Of a DNA stretch of 64,000 nucleotides, positions 52,308 to 62,324 are shown one piece after another; the stretch's first letter is position 1; each line of letters opens with the position of its first letter. Origin of the DNA: Gemmatimonadota bacterium. Lineage in GTDB: Bacteria; JBHIER01; G020348925. The DNA lies in the NCBI GenBank assembly GCA_020348925.1, contig CP070758.1:1896030-1960029 (forward strand), read 5' to 3'. Made by a program: the position numbers and the translations under genes. A model generated the notes under the pieces. It made no database searches and was not told the DNA's origin. It was given only the letters and a program-made list of their open reading frames with translations.

Positions 52308-54452
52308 ATGGAGGGTCCTATGACCGCGCACGGATTGAACGTTTCGAAAGCACTTTTTTCTCCCAAATCGGTGGCCGTTGTTGGCGCTTCATCCAGAAAA
52401 GGGAGTGTCGGGAATGCGATCTTTTCAAATATTCTCCTGAACGGATATACTGGCATTGTCTATCCGGTCAATCCTAAGGCCCACGGCATTCTGGGTGTTC
52501 GAGCCTACCACACGGTTTGGGATCTTCCCGGTGCGGTGGATCTGGCCGTTATCATTGTCCCCAGTGCTGCGGTTCCCGCCGTGCTGGAGGAGTGCGGAGA
52601 AAAGGGCGTCAAAGGAGCCGTTGTCATCACCGCCGGGTTTAAAGAGATCGGGCAGGAGGGACTTGAACTGGAACAGAAAGTGAAAGAGGCGCTCAAGAAG
52701 TACAACATGTTACTGATCGGACCGAATTGTCTGGGGATTATTAATACCGATCCCGGGTTCTCCCTGAATGCCACCTTCGCCCGGTCCATGCCCAGACAAG
52801 GGAATATTGCCTTCATATCACAGAGCGGGGCTCTGGGCGTGGCTGCACTGGAATACGCTCGCGAACAGAATATTGGCCTCTCGAAATTCGTCTCGATGGG
52901 TAATAAAGCGGATGTGACAGAGACAGATCTGCTGATGGCTTTCAAAGACGATCCTCAAACCGACGTAATTCTGTTGTATCTTGAGGAACTTGCCGATCCC
53001 AAAGGATTTATCGAACAGGCCAGAGACATCACGGGTGACGTTCAACATAAGAAACCTATCCTGGCCATTAAATCCGGCCGGACAGCGGAGGGAGCCAAGG
53101 CGGCGTCGTCACATACAGGGGCATTGGCCAGTTCCGATGAAGCCTATGATGCCGTCTTTATCGAGTCAGGGGTCCTTCGGGTGGAATCGCTGGAGGAGCT
53201 CTTTGACTACGCCCAGGCCTTTGCCAACCAGCCATTGCCCAAGGACAACAGGGTGGCTATTGTGACCAATGCGGGCGGGCCGGGTATTATGGCCACCGAC
53301 GTCTGCATCCGACGCGGACTCAAACTGGCCAGGCTGACTGAAGAGACTACGAAAAAGTTGAGGGCGGAGCTGCCGCCGACGGCCAATATCCATAATCCCA
53401 TCGATGTCATCGGAGATGCGAAATCGGAACGGTACAAATCGGCTCTGAATTTCGTTCTGGAGGATAAGAATGTCGACGGCGTGATTGTCATCAGTACACC
53501 TCAGCTGATGACCGATCTCCAAGCTATTGCAAAAACGGTCGTGGAGACGGCACAGAACACTGAAAAACCGATCCTGAGTTGTTTCATGGCCACAGAGGAT
53601 ATATCGGAGACCCTCCGAATTCTTGATGAGGAACATGTGCCTCACTATCTCTTTCCGGAAGCGGCGGCCCGGGCTATGGCCACTATGGCCGAATACGCCT
53701 GGTGGGTGCATCGTCCTCGGACGAAGGTGCGAAACTTCGCAAATGTGAGGAAGGATCAGGCAAAGCAGGTTATCGACAGAGCCAAAAAAGAGGGGAGGGC
53801 ATTTCTCCCGGAGCCTGAGGCCCACGCGGTGTTGCAGGCATACGGGTTCCCTGTCCTGAAATCCAAACTGGCCGTCAACCTGGAGGAGGCTCTCGCAGCG
53901 GCGGAAGATATTGGATTTCCCGTTGTGGTGAAAATCGTCTCCCCCCAAATTCTGCATAAAATTGATGTGGGTGGAGTGAAGGTCAATATACAGACGAAAG
54001 GGGAGCTCCGGAAGGCGTATCAAAATCTTATGGCCAGCATCAAGGGAAACAGGCCCGATGCTGAAATCTGGGGAGTGTTTGTTCAAAAAATGGCGGAGAA
54101 TGGCAAGGAGACCATTATCGGCATGAATCGGGACCCGCATTTCGGTCCGATTCTTCTGTTCGGTCTGGGCGGGATTTACGTCGAACTGTTCAAGGATGTC
54201 AGCTTCAGGATCGCCCCGCTTCGGGAACTCGGTGCGCGTCGCATGATCAGGCAAATTCGCGGATACAAAATGTTCGAAGGGTTCCGAGGGGAGCCGCCCT
54301 CGGATACAGAGGCTATTGCCGAGTGTCTTCAGAGGTTATCGCAGCTGGTGATTGACTGTGATGAAATTGATGAGCTGGACATCAATCCTTTGATTGTTTA
54401 CAATGAGGGTGATGGGGCGGTGGTCGTCGACGCACGAATATTACTCAAATGA
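52308..54452 (+). CDS. Acetate--CoA ligase (ADP-forming), fused alpha-beta
   Basis: PKSVAVVGAS, GPNCLG, SQSGA, ASSHTG, HKIDVGGV; paralog of 8049-10166; start 52308 or 52320. Confidence 0.9.
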   Translation: MEGPMTAHGLNVSKALFSPKSVAVVGASSRKGSVGNAIFSNILLNGYTGIVYPVNPKAHGILGVRAYHTVWDLPGAVDLAVIIVPSAAVPAVLEECGEKGVKGAVVITAGFKEIGQEGLELEQKVKEALKKYNMLLIGPNCLGIINTDPGFSLNATFARSMPRQGNIAFISQSGALGVAALEYAREQNIGLSKFVSMGNKADVTETDLLMAFKDDPQTDVILLYLEELADPKGFIEQARDITGDVQHKKPILAIKSGRTAEGAKAASSHTGALASSDEAYDAVFIESGVLRVESLEELFDYAQAFANQPLPKDNRVAIVTNAGGPGIMATDVCIRRGLKLARLTEETTKKLRAELPPTANIHNPIDVIGDAKSERYKSALNFVLEDKNVDGVIVISTPQLMTDLQAIAKTVVETAQNTEKPILSCFMATEDISETLRILDEEHVPHYLFPEAAARAMATMAEYAWWVHRPRTKVRNFANVRKDQAKQVIDRAKKEGRAFLPEPEAHAVLQAYGFPVLKSKLAVNLEEALAAAEDIGFPVVVKIVSPQILHKIDVGGVKVNIQTKGELRKAYQNLMASIKGNRPDAEIWGVFVQKMAENGKETIIGMNRDPHFGPILLFGLGGIYVELFKDVSFRIAPLRELGARRMIRQIRGYKMFEGFRGEPPSDTEAIAECLQRLSQLVIDCDEIDELDINPLIVYNEGDGAVVVDARILLK

Positions 54453-54574
54453 GATAAAAATTTCTATTCCAGGATCGTTAGGAAAAAAAGCCACACCGAC
54501 GCAACGTACCAATCTTCGATAATTGTTCTAGGCGAACAACCCCTCACACTGTCTCTCGCAGTTCGAAGAAACCC

Positions 54575-54603
54575 TTGACAATCCAAAGCATCTGGTGTAT
54601 ATT
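54575..54603 (+). promoter_or_regulatory. Sigma70 promoter upstream of the tRNA-Ser pair
   Basis: TTGACA-17 nt-TATATT. Confidence 0.6.
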
Positions 54604-54734
54604 TGGAAGCCCTGTTTTGATGGACATCGTGGTATTTTTGGACACTTTTTGGACAAACAGTCCTTTTCTGCTCCTTCGAAGAGAGGCTTTTGGTCTTTGA
54701 CAGGCACTTATTTTCTCTTGATTTGAAAGTTTTT

Positions 54735-54818
54735 GGAGGGCTAGTCCTAACTGGTAAGGCAGCGGACTTGAAATCCGCCGGGTTTAGGCCCATGGGGGTT
54801 CGAATCCCTCGCCCTCCG
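54735..54818 (+). tRNA. tRNA-Ser(TGA)
   Basis: GGAGGGC/GCCCTCC acceptor, GCGGA-CTTGAAA-TCCGC anticodon arm, variable arm, GTTCGAATC. Confidence 0.92.
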
Positions 54819-54916
54819 CCTTCTCGAGTAAGCTTGAGAAATCCAAAAGAGAAAGTCCGAAACTCAAAATTGTTCCGAATGTTGGTTCATTTGGATTTTG
54901 GATTTACGAGGTCGTC

Positions 54917-55006
54917 GGAGAGGTGGCCGAGTCGGCTGAAGGCACTCGCCTGCTAAGCGAGTGTAGGGGTAAAACCTTACCGTGGGTTCGAATCCCACCC
55001 TCTCCG
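54917..55006 (+). tRNA. tRNA-Ser(GCT)
   Basis: GGAGAGG/CCTCTCC acceptor, CTCGC-CTGCTAA-GCGAG anticodon arm, long variable arm. Confidence 0.95.
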
Positions 55007-55435
55007 CTTTTTCTTTATCCTGAGGCGATTTCATCACGCTTGAGTCCATTATCTATTTTCTCATTCCCGCTTCACATATTTCCGCTTTCTCGCATTTACC
55101 CATTCACTTATCCGTTCTTCGCACCCCAGCACCTCTGCACCCATGCTCCTCTGCCTTCCTTCTCCCTGCAATAAATTGTCAATTTTAGAAAAACCAAAAC
55201 GTTGCGAAATAAAAGTCTTGATTTCGGTTCTTATTCATCTATTATTATAATCTGCGTACTGGCATGATCAGCGAATGAATCCATCTTCACAAGGCGCTTC
55301 AATTGGAATACAAGATACAGGGTTTAGTTCTTCGAATTTCACAGTATCCGAATATATTCAGAAGGAGATGAGGGATGATATCGTGAGGTGCATACAGAAA
55401 ATGCAAAAATAATTCAACCTCGGCACCACCGTCCC

Positions 55436-55535
55436 NNNNNNNNNNNNNNNNNNNNNNNNNNNNNNNNNNNNNNNNNNNNNNNNNNNNNNNNNNNNNNNNN
55501 NNNNNNNNNNNNNNNNNNNNNNNNNNNNNNNNNNN
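55436..55535. other. Assembly gap (100 N)
   Basis: N run. Confidence 0.99.
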
Positions 55536-55734
55536 GTAATCATGTTATATTAGAAAACCCATTATGGCCGTCTTTTCTCCTCTTTTTTAAAGAGATACCT
55601 TCGAAGATGTCCAAATGGAAAAGGCAGATGGCAAGTTTAAAATCGAAACTTTGGATCCGTCAAATTGAACACATGGACCTTTGCAATTTGCATTTTTGGA
55701 TTTTAAATTTGGGATTTTGAGTTTTGAGCACGGT

Positions 55735-55810
55735 GGGGCAGTAGCTCAGCTGGGAGAGCGCATCCCTCGCACGGATGAGGTCGTCGGTTCGATCCCGATC
55801 TGCTCCACCA
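55735..55810 (+). tRNA. tRNA-Ala(CGC)
   Basis: GGGGCAG/CTGCTCC with G3:U70 pair, CATCC-CTCGCAC-GGATG, encoded CCA. Confidence 0.95.
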
Positions 55811-55829
55811 AAAACCACAGGGTTAGATG

Positions 55830-56104
55830 AAGGTCGTGCTAGGCGGGGAGTTAGCGGTGCCCTGTACCCGCAATCCGCTATAGCGGGGTTGAATTCCCAA
55901 CCTGAGGTCTTATCCTTCCCGAGAGACAGTTAGGCACGTGGTGTTGAAGATCAGGTCCCACGCAACGTGAGATCACCGAACCCCGTCAGGACCGGGAGGT
56001 AGCAGCGGTAGGTGAATCCTCTCGTGTGCCGTGGGATCACCTGGTCGGAGCTAACGACCTGAATGTCGCTTGAGAAGAGGGATCGAGGGTGGGTGCACGA
56101 CCTT
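55830..56104 (+). ncRNA. ffs: Large bacterial SRP RNA (with Alu domain)
   Basis: Terminal helix aaggtcgtgc/gcacgacctt; Alu-like GGCGGGGAGTTAGCGGTGCCCTGTACCCGCAATCCGCT; helix 8 TCAGGACCGGGAGGTAGCAGC; upstream of dnaX. Confidence 0.92.
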
Positions 56105-56292
56105 ATCGTCTTCTCTAAAGACAGTCAGGCCAAATTTAAAAGGGCCCAATCAAACGTGATCGTTGGAGGGACCAGGGAGCAAAGGATTCAAGTGTCAAAA
56201 TTTTTTTCAACTTGACCCCTTGAATCCTGAAACCCTAAAGCTCTCTCGATTCATTCGGGAATCCTGCACATTTTAAGGAGAAGAATCGTACT

Positions 56293-57963
56293 GTGTCATA
56301 CTTAGTCATGGCCCGGAAGTGGCGGCCCCTCACCTTTGAAGATGTGGTCAACCAGGATCACGTCAAACGCACCCTGGCCAATGCCATCAAGGCGGGCCGT
56401 ATCGCCCACGCCTACCTCTTCTCCGGACCTCGCGGCATCGGCAAGACCACGGTCGCCCGGATTCTGGCCAAAGCCCTCAACTGCGAAAATGGTCCGACGG
56501 CGATTCCGTGCAACGAATGTTCGGTCTGCCGGGAGATCATGGAGAGCCGAAGCCTCGATGTTCTGGAGATCGACGGAGCATCCAACCGTGGTATCGACGA
56601 GGTGCGCAATCTGCGCGAAAACATCAAGTATGCTCCCCTGAAGAGCAAGTTCAAGATTTACATTATCGACGAAGTTCACATGCTCACAGATCCGGCTTTT
56701 AACGCCCTGCTCAAAACACTGGAGGAACCGCCGGTCCACGTCGTCTTTATCTTTGCTACGACTGCCCCACAAAAAATTCCGGCCACTATTCTGTCACGAT
56801 GCCAACGGTTCGACTTCCGGCGCATCTCCGCGAAGGAGATTGTAGAACGGCTCTCCCAGATCACCCGCGAAGAGAAAATCTCCATTGACGATGAGGCTCT
56901 TGTCATTCTGGCGAAAAAGGCCGACGGAAGTTTACGGGATGCCGAGAGCTTACTGGACCAGATGGCCTCTTTTACGGACGAACGGATCACGTCCGAAACG
57001 GTCCGCCACCTGCTGGGCGTGGTCGATCAGGAGTTCATCTTTCGGCTCGGCGATATCATCGCTGCCAAGGATGTGCCATCCGGTCTCGACGTGGTGGGCA
57101 GGGTGATCGATGAAGGTATGGACATCCAGGAGTTCTTCAAAACTCTGGCAGAACACTTGAGAAATCTATTGGTGGCGAAATCGACGAGTGATGCCTCACA
57201 TCTGATCGATGCGGATGAGGGCGGTCGGAAACGATACCGGGAACAGGCGGTGCACTTCTCCGAGGGGGACATTCTGCGAATGATTCGTATCGTCTCAGAC
57301 CACGAATTCAATCTGAGAAGAAGCCCTTTACCCAGGCTCGAGCTTGAAATGGCCGTCCTGCGTCTCATCAAGCTGGACTCCAGCGTCAGCCTCGAGGAGG
57401 TGCTCAATCGGCTGGAGGCCATAGGAGATGCATCCGCGGGAGATTTGTCGCTCTTCGCCCACGAGGAGAAAAAGGAGCTGAATCTCTTTGAGGAGCCAAC
57501 ACCCGAGCGGCGGGCTCACATCCCGGTCACTCAAACCGAACAGCCACAGCAGGAGACCGAGCCCGTGGAATCAACACACTTGGAGCCCATTCGTGACCGC
57601 TGGAACGATATTGTACAAAAAGTCAAGAAGAAGAAAATGGGTCTGGGAACGTTCCTGGGAAGTGGCACCCCGACTCGACTCGACAAAGACGTCCTGACCG
57701 TATCCTTCGCCAAGGGAAACGGCTTCAGTATCGAAATTATCAACAGGGACAAAAAAATCGTCACTGATATCTTGCACGAAGAATTCGGAAAGACTTTGAG
57801 CCTGGAATGCATCATAGACGAGACACAGGATCCTGCACCGGACCCATCTTCAGAGGCAAACCGACCCGACTCCCTGAAGCTCGATGCAGAGCGCCTGTAT
57901 GAGAATGAGCCTATAGTCAAGAAAATTGTAGATGTCTTCGATGGAAAAATCGTCCAGGAATAA
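56293..57963 (+). CDS. dnaX: DNA polymerase III subunit gamma/tau
   Basis: ARKWRP, GPRGIGKT, PCNECSVC, EIDGASN, IIDEVHML, SRCQRF. Confidence 0.97.
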   Translation: MSYLVMARKWRPLTFEDVVNQDHVKRTLANAIKAGRIAHAYLFSGPRGIGKTTVARILAKALNCENGPTAIPCNECSVCREIMESRSLDVLEIDGASNRGIDEVRNLRENIKYAPLKSKFKIYIIDEVHMLTDPAFNALLKTLEEPPVHVVFIFATTAPQKIPATILSRCQRFDFRRISAKEIVERLSQITREEKISIDDEALVILAKKADGSLRDAESLLDQMASFTDERITSETVRHLLGVVDQEFIFRLGDIIAAKDVPSGLDVVGRVIDEGMDIQEFFKTLAEHLRNLLVAKSTSDASHLIDADEGGRKRYREQAVHFSEGDILRMIRIVSDHEFNLRRSPLPRLELEMAVLRLIKLDSSVSLEEVLNRLEAIGDASAGDLSLFAHEEKKELNLFEEPTPERRAHIPVTQTEQPQQETEPVESTHLEPIRDRWNDIVQKVKKKKMGLGTFLGSGTPTRLDKDVLTVSFAKGNGFSIEIINRDKKIVTDILHEEFGKTLSLECIIDETQDPAPDPSSEANRPDSLKLDAERLYENEPIVKKIVDVFDGKIVQE

Positions 57964-58192
57964 CCGCAGCTTTGCCTCGAAATGCAAAATTGCGCATGAA
58001 CAGAGAGGTCGTTCTTGTGACGAATACGCCCGGAAAGGGCGACACCCCATCGGTGGAGAGATGACACGTGAAGGAAAAGAGCGCCAGGAGAAAATGCGTT
58101 ATGCTCACTTCTCTCATTTTTATCTCTTTCCGTCGCGTCGGGCTTTATGCCCCTTCATGTGGAAACTTTCATGGATCAAGGAGGAATAACGA

Positions 58193-58534
58193 ATGGTCAA
58201 GGGATTGGGCAATTTAATGAAGCAGGCCCAAAAGTTGCAGGAGAGATTGGCCCAGATCCAGGAGGAGCTGGAAACGATCGAAGTGGAAGGCACCTCCGGA
58301 GGAGGCATGGTCACCGTTGTAGCCAACGGCAAACAAGAGATCGTTCAGGTCAAGATCGATCCCGAGGTGGTCAATCCCGATGATGTGGAGATGTTGGAGG
58401 ATCTCGTCGTTGCCGCAGTGAATCAAGCCAGGGAACGAGCCCAGGAGGTGGCCGACGAAAAGATGCGCGAAGCCACCGGCGGCATGCTCCCCGGTATGGG
58501 TGAGGGGTTTAAGATCCCAGGTCTGATTCCTTAA
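58193..58534 (+). CDS. ybaB: YbaB/EbfC nucleoid-associated protein
   Basis: LMKQAQKLQ...SGGGMVTV...EMLEDLVVAAVN; between dnaX and recR. Confidence 0.95.
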   Translation: MVKGLGNLMKQAQKLQERLAQIQEELETIEVEGTSGGGMVTVVANGKQEIVQVKIDPEVVNPDDVEMLEDLVVAAVNQARERAQEVADEKMREATGGMLPGMGEGFKIPGLIP

Positions 58535-58549
58535 CGCCAGGAGCAGCTC

Positions 58550-59149
58550 GTGCCTTTTTTCTCTCCCTCAGTTGAGACACTCATCACTGAGCTGAATAAA
58601 ATGCCCGGGATTGGCAGGAAATCGGCCCAACGGCTGGCTTTTTACCTTTTAAAAATCCCGAAGGATGAAGCGCTGGCCCTAGCCAAGGCCATCACTTCTG
58701 TCAAAGAGAAGGTCTCGTTCTGTACAATCTGTTTCAATATCACGGAAGAAGATCCCTGCCATATCTGCCGTGACGGAACCAGAGATCCGACCGTGCTCTG
58801 CGTTGTCGAGAAACCTTCCGACGTGATCGCCGTGGAAAAGACGAGCGGATTCAAGGGGCGCTTTCACGTGCTCGGAGGAGCTCTCTCGCCCCTGGACGGC
58901 ATCGGTCCGGACGAACTGAAAGTCAAAGAGTTATTGGCCCGGCTCGATGGCCAGGTAAAGGAAATTATCTTAGCCACAAATCCCAATGCGGAGGGGGAGG
59001 CCACGGCCCTCTTTCTGTCAAGACTGATCAAGCCCTCGGGGGTAAAAGTATCGAGGATCGCTCGAGGATTACCCATGGGCAGTGACCTCGATCTTGCCGA
59101 CGAGATGACGCTCACCAGGGCCATCGAGGGACGGATCGAAATACCATAA
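58550..59149 (+). CDS. recR: Recombination protein RecR
   Basis: PGIGRKSAQRLAF, C4 zinc finger, Toprim ILATNPNAEGEATA. Confidence 0.97.
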   Translation: MPFFSPSVETLITELNKMPGIGRKSAQRLAFYLLKIPKDEALALAKAITSVKEKVSFCTICFNITEEDPCHICRDGTRDPTVLCVVEKPSDVIAVEKTSGFKGRFHVLGGALSPLDGIGPDELKVKELLARLDGQVKEIILATNPNAEGEATALFLSRLIKPSGVKVSRIARGLPMGSDLDLADEMTLTRAIEGRIEIP

Positions 59150-59276
59150 CCTTTCTTTCCCCTCAGAAATACGGTTGAGATGCCTGACCGATTTTTCATT
59201 CGCCCCCTTTTTCCTTGACCTAAATCGAAAAAATACTAATTTTTAGAGTTTATTATCTTTTTCTAAGGAGGACAGT

Positions 59277-59849
59277 ATGGCACACATGACTGAAGTGCGA
59301 TGGCACGGGAGAGGTGGCCAGGGTGCTAAAACAGCAGCCACTCTTCTGGCCGAAGCAGCTTTGAGTGAAGGCAAATACAGTCAGGGCTTTCCTGAATACG
59401 GGCCCGAGCGCGAAGGGGCACCTATGAGGGGCTTTACGCGCATCAGCGATGAACCGATCCGGCTCCATTGCACTATCGACAGCCCTGATGTGGTCGTCGT
59501 CCTGGACGACACGCTCCTGGAAGCGGTCGATGTCTGCGCCGGGCTCGCCACGGGCGGCACGGTGGTGGTGAATACGATCCTGAAACCGGAAGATATCGGG
59601 AAAAAGCTGTCGGCATCGGAGACCAAGCTCTTCACAGTGAACGCCACACAAATTGCCCTCGATGAGATCGGCAGGCCAATCCCCAACACACCCATGCTCG
59701 GAGCCCTCATCAAGGCTACAGGGATATTGAAAATCGATACCATCTATAACGAAGTGCAGGAGAAATTGGGCAAGAAGTTTACGCGTCAGATTATTGACGG
59801 AAACATACATGCAGTCAAACGAGCGTATGAGGAGGTCAAAAAAGAATGA
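59277..59849 (+). CDS. porC: Pyruvate/2-oxoacid:ferredoxin oxidoreductase gamma subunit
   Basis: EVRWHGRGGQGAKT, FPEYGPEREGAP, IPNTPMLGA. Confidence 0.92.
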   Translation: MAHMTEVRWHGRGGQGAKTAATLLAEAALSEGKYSQGFPEYGPEREGAPMRGFTRISDEPIRLHCTIDSPDVVVVLDDTLLEAVDVCAGLATGGTVVVNTILKPEDIGKKLSASETKLFTVNATQIALDEIGRPIPNTPMLGALIKATGILKIDTIYNEVQEKLGKKFTRQIIDGNIHAVKRAYEEVKKE

Positions 59850-60151
59850 GAAAAGAACGTGGCTGGCAGGAGATACCCATCGGCGGTCTCATACTGGAAG
59901 CGGGTAATGCCGAGGAATACGAGACGGGCTCCTGGAGGACGTACCGACCGGTCAAAGATGGCGAAAAGTGCATCCACTGCCTGAGATGCTGGATCTACTG
60001 CCCGGATTCCGCTGTTTTGACTGAGGATGGGAATCAGGTCGGTTTCGATTTGGAACATTGCAAGGGATGCGGCATCTGCGCCGCAGAATGTCCGCCGAAG
60101 GTGAGAGCAATCGAAATGGTATTGGAAAGCAATTTTGAGGAAAAGGAGTAG
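59846..60151 (+). CDS. porD: Pyruvate/2-oxoacid:ferredoxin oxidoreductase delta subunit
   Basis: TGSWRTYRP, CIHCLRCWIYCP, CKGCGICAAECP. Confidence 0.92.
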   Translation: MRKERGWQEIPIGGLILEAGNAEEYETGSWRTYRPVKDGEKCIHCLRCWIYCPDSAVLTEDGNQVGFDLEHCKGCGICAAECPPKVRAIEMVLESNFEEKE

Positions 60152-60154
60152 CAC

Positions 60155-61336
60155 ATGCGGAAAATCGTTGCTTTGACTGGGAACGACGCCGTCGGCACGG
60201 CCATGAAGCAGATCAACCCGGATGTCGTGGCCGCCTTTCCCATCACCCCGCAGACGGAGCTTATGCACAAATTTGCCGAGTTTCATGCAAACGGGGAGGT
60301 GGACACGGAGCTCGTTCTCGTTGAATCGGAGCACAGTGCCATGAGCGCCTGCGTGGGTGCGGCGGCGGCTGGGGCGAGAACCATGACGGCGACGTCAGCC
60401 CAGGGGTTGGCGCTCATGTGGGAGATTCTTTACGTTCAAGCGTCCTGCCGTCTGCCCATGGTCATGCCGGTGGTGAACCGGGCCCTGAACGCCCCCCTGA
60501 ATATTCACTGCGACCACAGCGACACAATGGGGGCTCGGGACTGCGGCTGGATTCAAATCTACTCGGAGAACACACAAGAAGCTTACGATAACGTCATCCA
60601 AGGTGTCCCCATCGGTGAAAAAAACGACGTGAGATTGCCGGTCATGATTACTCTTGATGGGTTCATATTGAGTCATACGATGGAGCGCGTAGAACTGTTG
60701 GACGACGATGAAATTCAACGGTTCATCGGCGAATACCAACACCCTCACTCTCTCCTGGACACCGAGAACCCCGTAACCTACGGACCCGTCGATCTGCCGG
60801 ACTACTACTTCGAGCACAAGCGGCAACAGGTGCTGGCCATGGAGCGAGCAAAAGATTCCATCCTGGAAGTGGGCCGAGCTTTCGCCGATCTGACCGGCAG
60901 GGATTACGGCCTCTTCGAGGAGTACCGCCTGGGCGACGCTGAGATAGCCATCCTGGCCATGGGCTCAACAGCGGGCACGGCCAAAGAGGCAGTGGATCAG
61001 CTTCGGGATCGGGGGAAGAAGGTCGGACTCTTGAAGCTGCGCGTCTTTCGCCCGTTCCCTTACGAAGAGCTCGGTCAATCGCTGGAGCATCTCAAAGTGC
61101 TGGCGATATTCGACAGGGCCATCTCCTTTGGATCCTATGGCGGAGCCCTCTTTTCCGAGGTGCGGTCAGCCCTGTTTGGAGCCGGAAGAATCCCTCTCGT
61201 GACGAACTATATTTACGGCTTGGGCGGGCGGAATATCAGCGTCGAAGAGATCGGTTCGGTTTTCGATGAACTGGAGCACGTCGCCCAGACTCAACAGATT
61301 GAGAACACGATCACCTATCTCGGTGTACGAGAATAG
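60155..61336 (+). CDS. porA: Pyruvate/2-oxoacid:ferredoxin oxidoreductase alpha subunit
   Basis: FPITPQT, VESEHSAMS, NRAL, DHSD, GLGGR. Confidence 0.93.
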   Translation: MRKIVALTGNDAVGTAMKQINPDVVAAFPITPQTELMHKFAEFHANGEVDTELVLVESEHSAMSACVGAAAAGARTMTATSAQGLALMWEILYVQASCRLPMVMPVVNRALNAPLNIHCDHSDTMGARDCGWIQIYSENTQEAYDNVIQGVPIGEKNDVRLPVMITLDGFILSHTMERVELLDDDEIQRFIGEYQHPHSLLDTENPVTYGPVDLPDYYFEHKRQQVLAMERAKDSILEVGRAFADLTGRDYGLFEEYRLGDAEIAILAMGSTAGTAKEAVDQLRDRGKKVGLLKLRVFRPFPYEELGQSLEHLKVLAIFDRAISFGSYGGALFSEVRSALFGAGRIPLVTNYIYGLGGRNISVEEIGSVFDELEHVAQTQQIENTITYLGVRE

Positions 61337-61348
61337 GAGGAATAGAAG

Positions 61349-62287
61349 ATGGCTATAAGATTAAAAGAATTGTCAAAACAGAGAGAGCTTCTATCCGGGG
61401 GACATCGGGCCTGCGCTGGGTGCGGATGTTCCGTGGTTATTCGACAGATGCTGCTGGCAGCGGGCCCGGACACTGTCGTGGGATGCGCCACCGGTTGTAT
61501 GGAAGTGGCTACGTCCATCTATCCTTACACCGCCTGGCGGGTGCCCTGGATCCACAACGCCTTTGAAAACTCAGCGGCCACCGTCAGTGGCGTCGAGGCC
61601 GCTTACGAGGCCCTCAAAAGGAAGGGCAAGATCGACAAAGAAATCAACTTCATCGCCATGGGCGGGGACGGCGGGACGTACGACATCGGAATTCAGGCCC
61701 TCTCCGGCGCCATGGAACGGGGCCACAGAATGCTCTACCTGTGCTATGACAACGAGGCGTATATGAATACGGGTATCCAACGATCGAGTGCGACCCCCCT
61801 TGGGGCAGCCACATCCACCACGCCGGTGGGTAAGAAGATACCGGGCAAGCAATTGTTTCGCAAAGACCTGACTGCCATCATGATCGCCCATCGCATCCCC
61901 TATGTGGCTCAGTCTTCGGTCCACAACGCGCGCGATTTCATGACGAAAGTGCAAAAGGCCTTGTCCGTCGACGGTCCGTCCTTCATCAATGTCCTGGGTA
62001 CCTGCCACCGGGGTTGGCGTTTCAAGATGGAGCATTCCATTGAGATGTCCAGATTGGCCGTCGAGACCTGCTACTGGCCTCTCTTTGAAGTTGAGAACGG
62101 AAAATGGAAGCTGAGCTACAAACCGAAAGAGAAACTCCCTCTGGCCGAATGGACCGAACGCCAGGGTCGATTCGCGCATCTTTCCAAGGAGGAGAACAAA
62201 CACATCCTGGAGCGGGCACAACACGATGTCGACGAGCAATGGGAGGAGCTCCTGAGGCGCTGCGGTCAGGAGACCGAAAAGCAGTGA
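61349..62287 (+). CDS. porB: Pyruvate/2-oxoacid:ferredoxin oxidoreductase beta subunit
   Basis: GHRACAGCG, ATGC, GGDGGTYDIG, DNEAYMNTGIQRS. Confidence 0.93.
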   Translation: MAIRLKELSKQRELLSGGHRACAGCGCSVVIRQMLLAAGPDTVVGCATGCMEVATSIYPYTAWRVPWIHNAFENSAATVSGVEAAYEALKRKGKIDKEINFIAMGGDGGTYDIGIQALSGAMERGHRMLYLCYDNEAYMNTGIQRSSATPLGAATSTTPVGKKIPGKQLFRKDLTAIMIAHRIPYVAQSSVHNARDFMTKVQKALSVDGPSFINVLGTCHRGWRFKMEHSIEMSRLAVETCYWPLFEVENGKWKLSYKPKEKLPLAEWTERQGRFAHLSKEENKHILERAQHDVDEQWEELLRRCGQETEKQ

Positions 62288-62324
62288 GTCAATCCTCTCA
62301 CAGAGGGAAAAGAATGGTCACCGA

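Noticed and set aside
54735-54818. Possible tRNA-Sec
   Set aside because: Anticodon is TGA (Ser), not TCA, and the acceptor stem is the standard 7 bp
55388-55720. ORF spanning the fourth gap
   Set aside because: Joined across Ns; the 3' part is translated heptamer repeat
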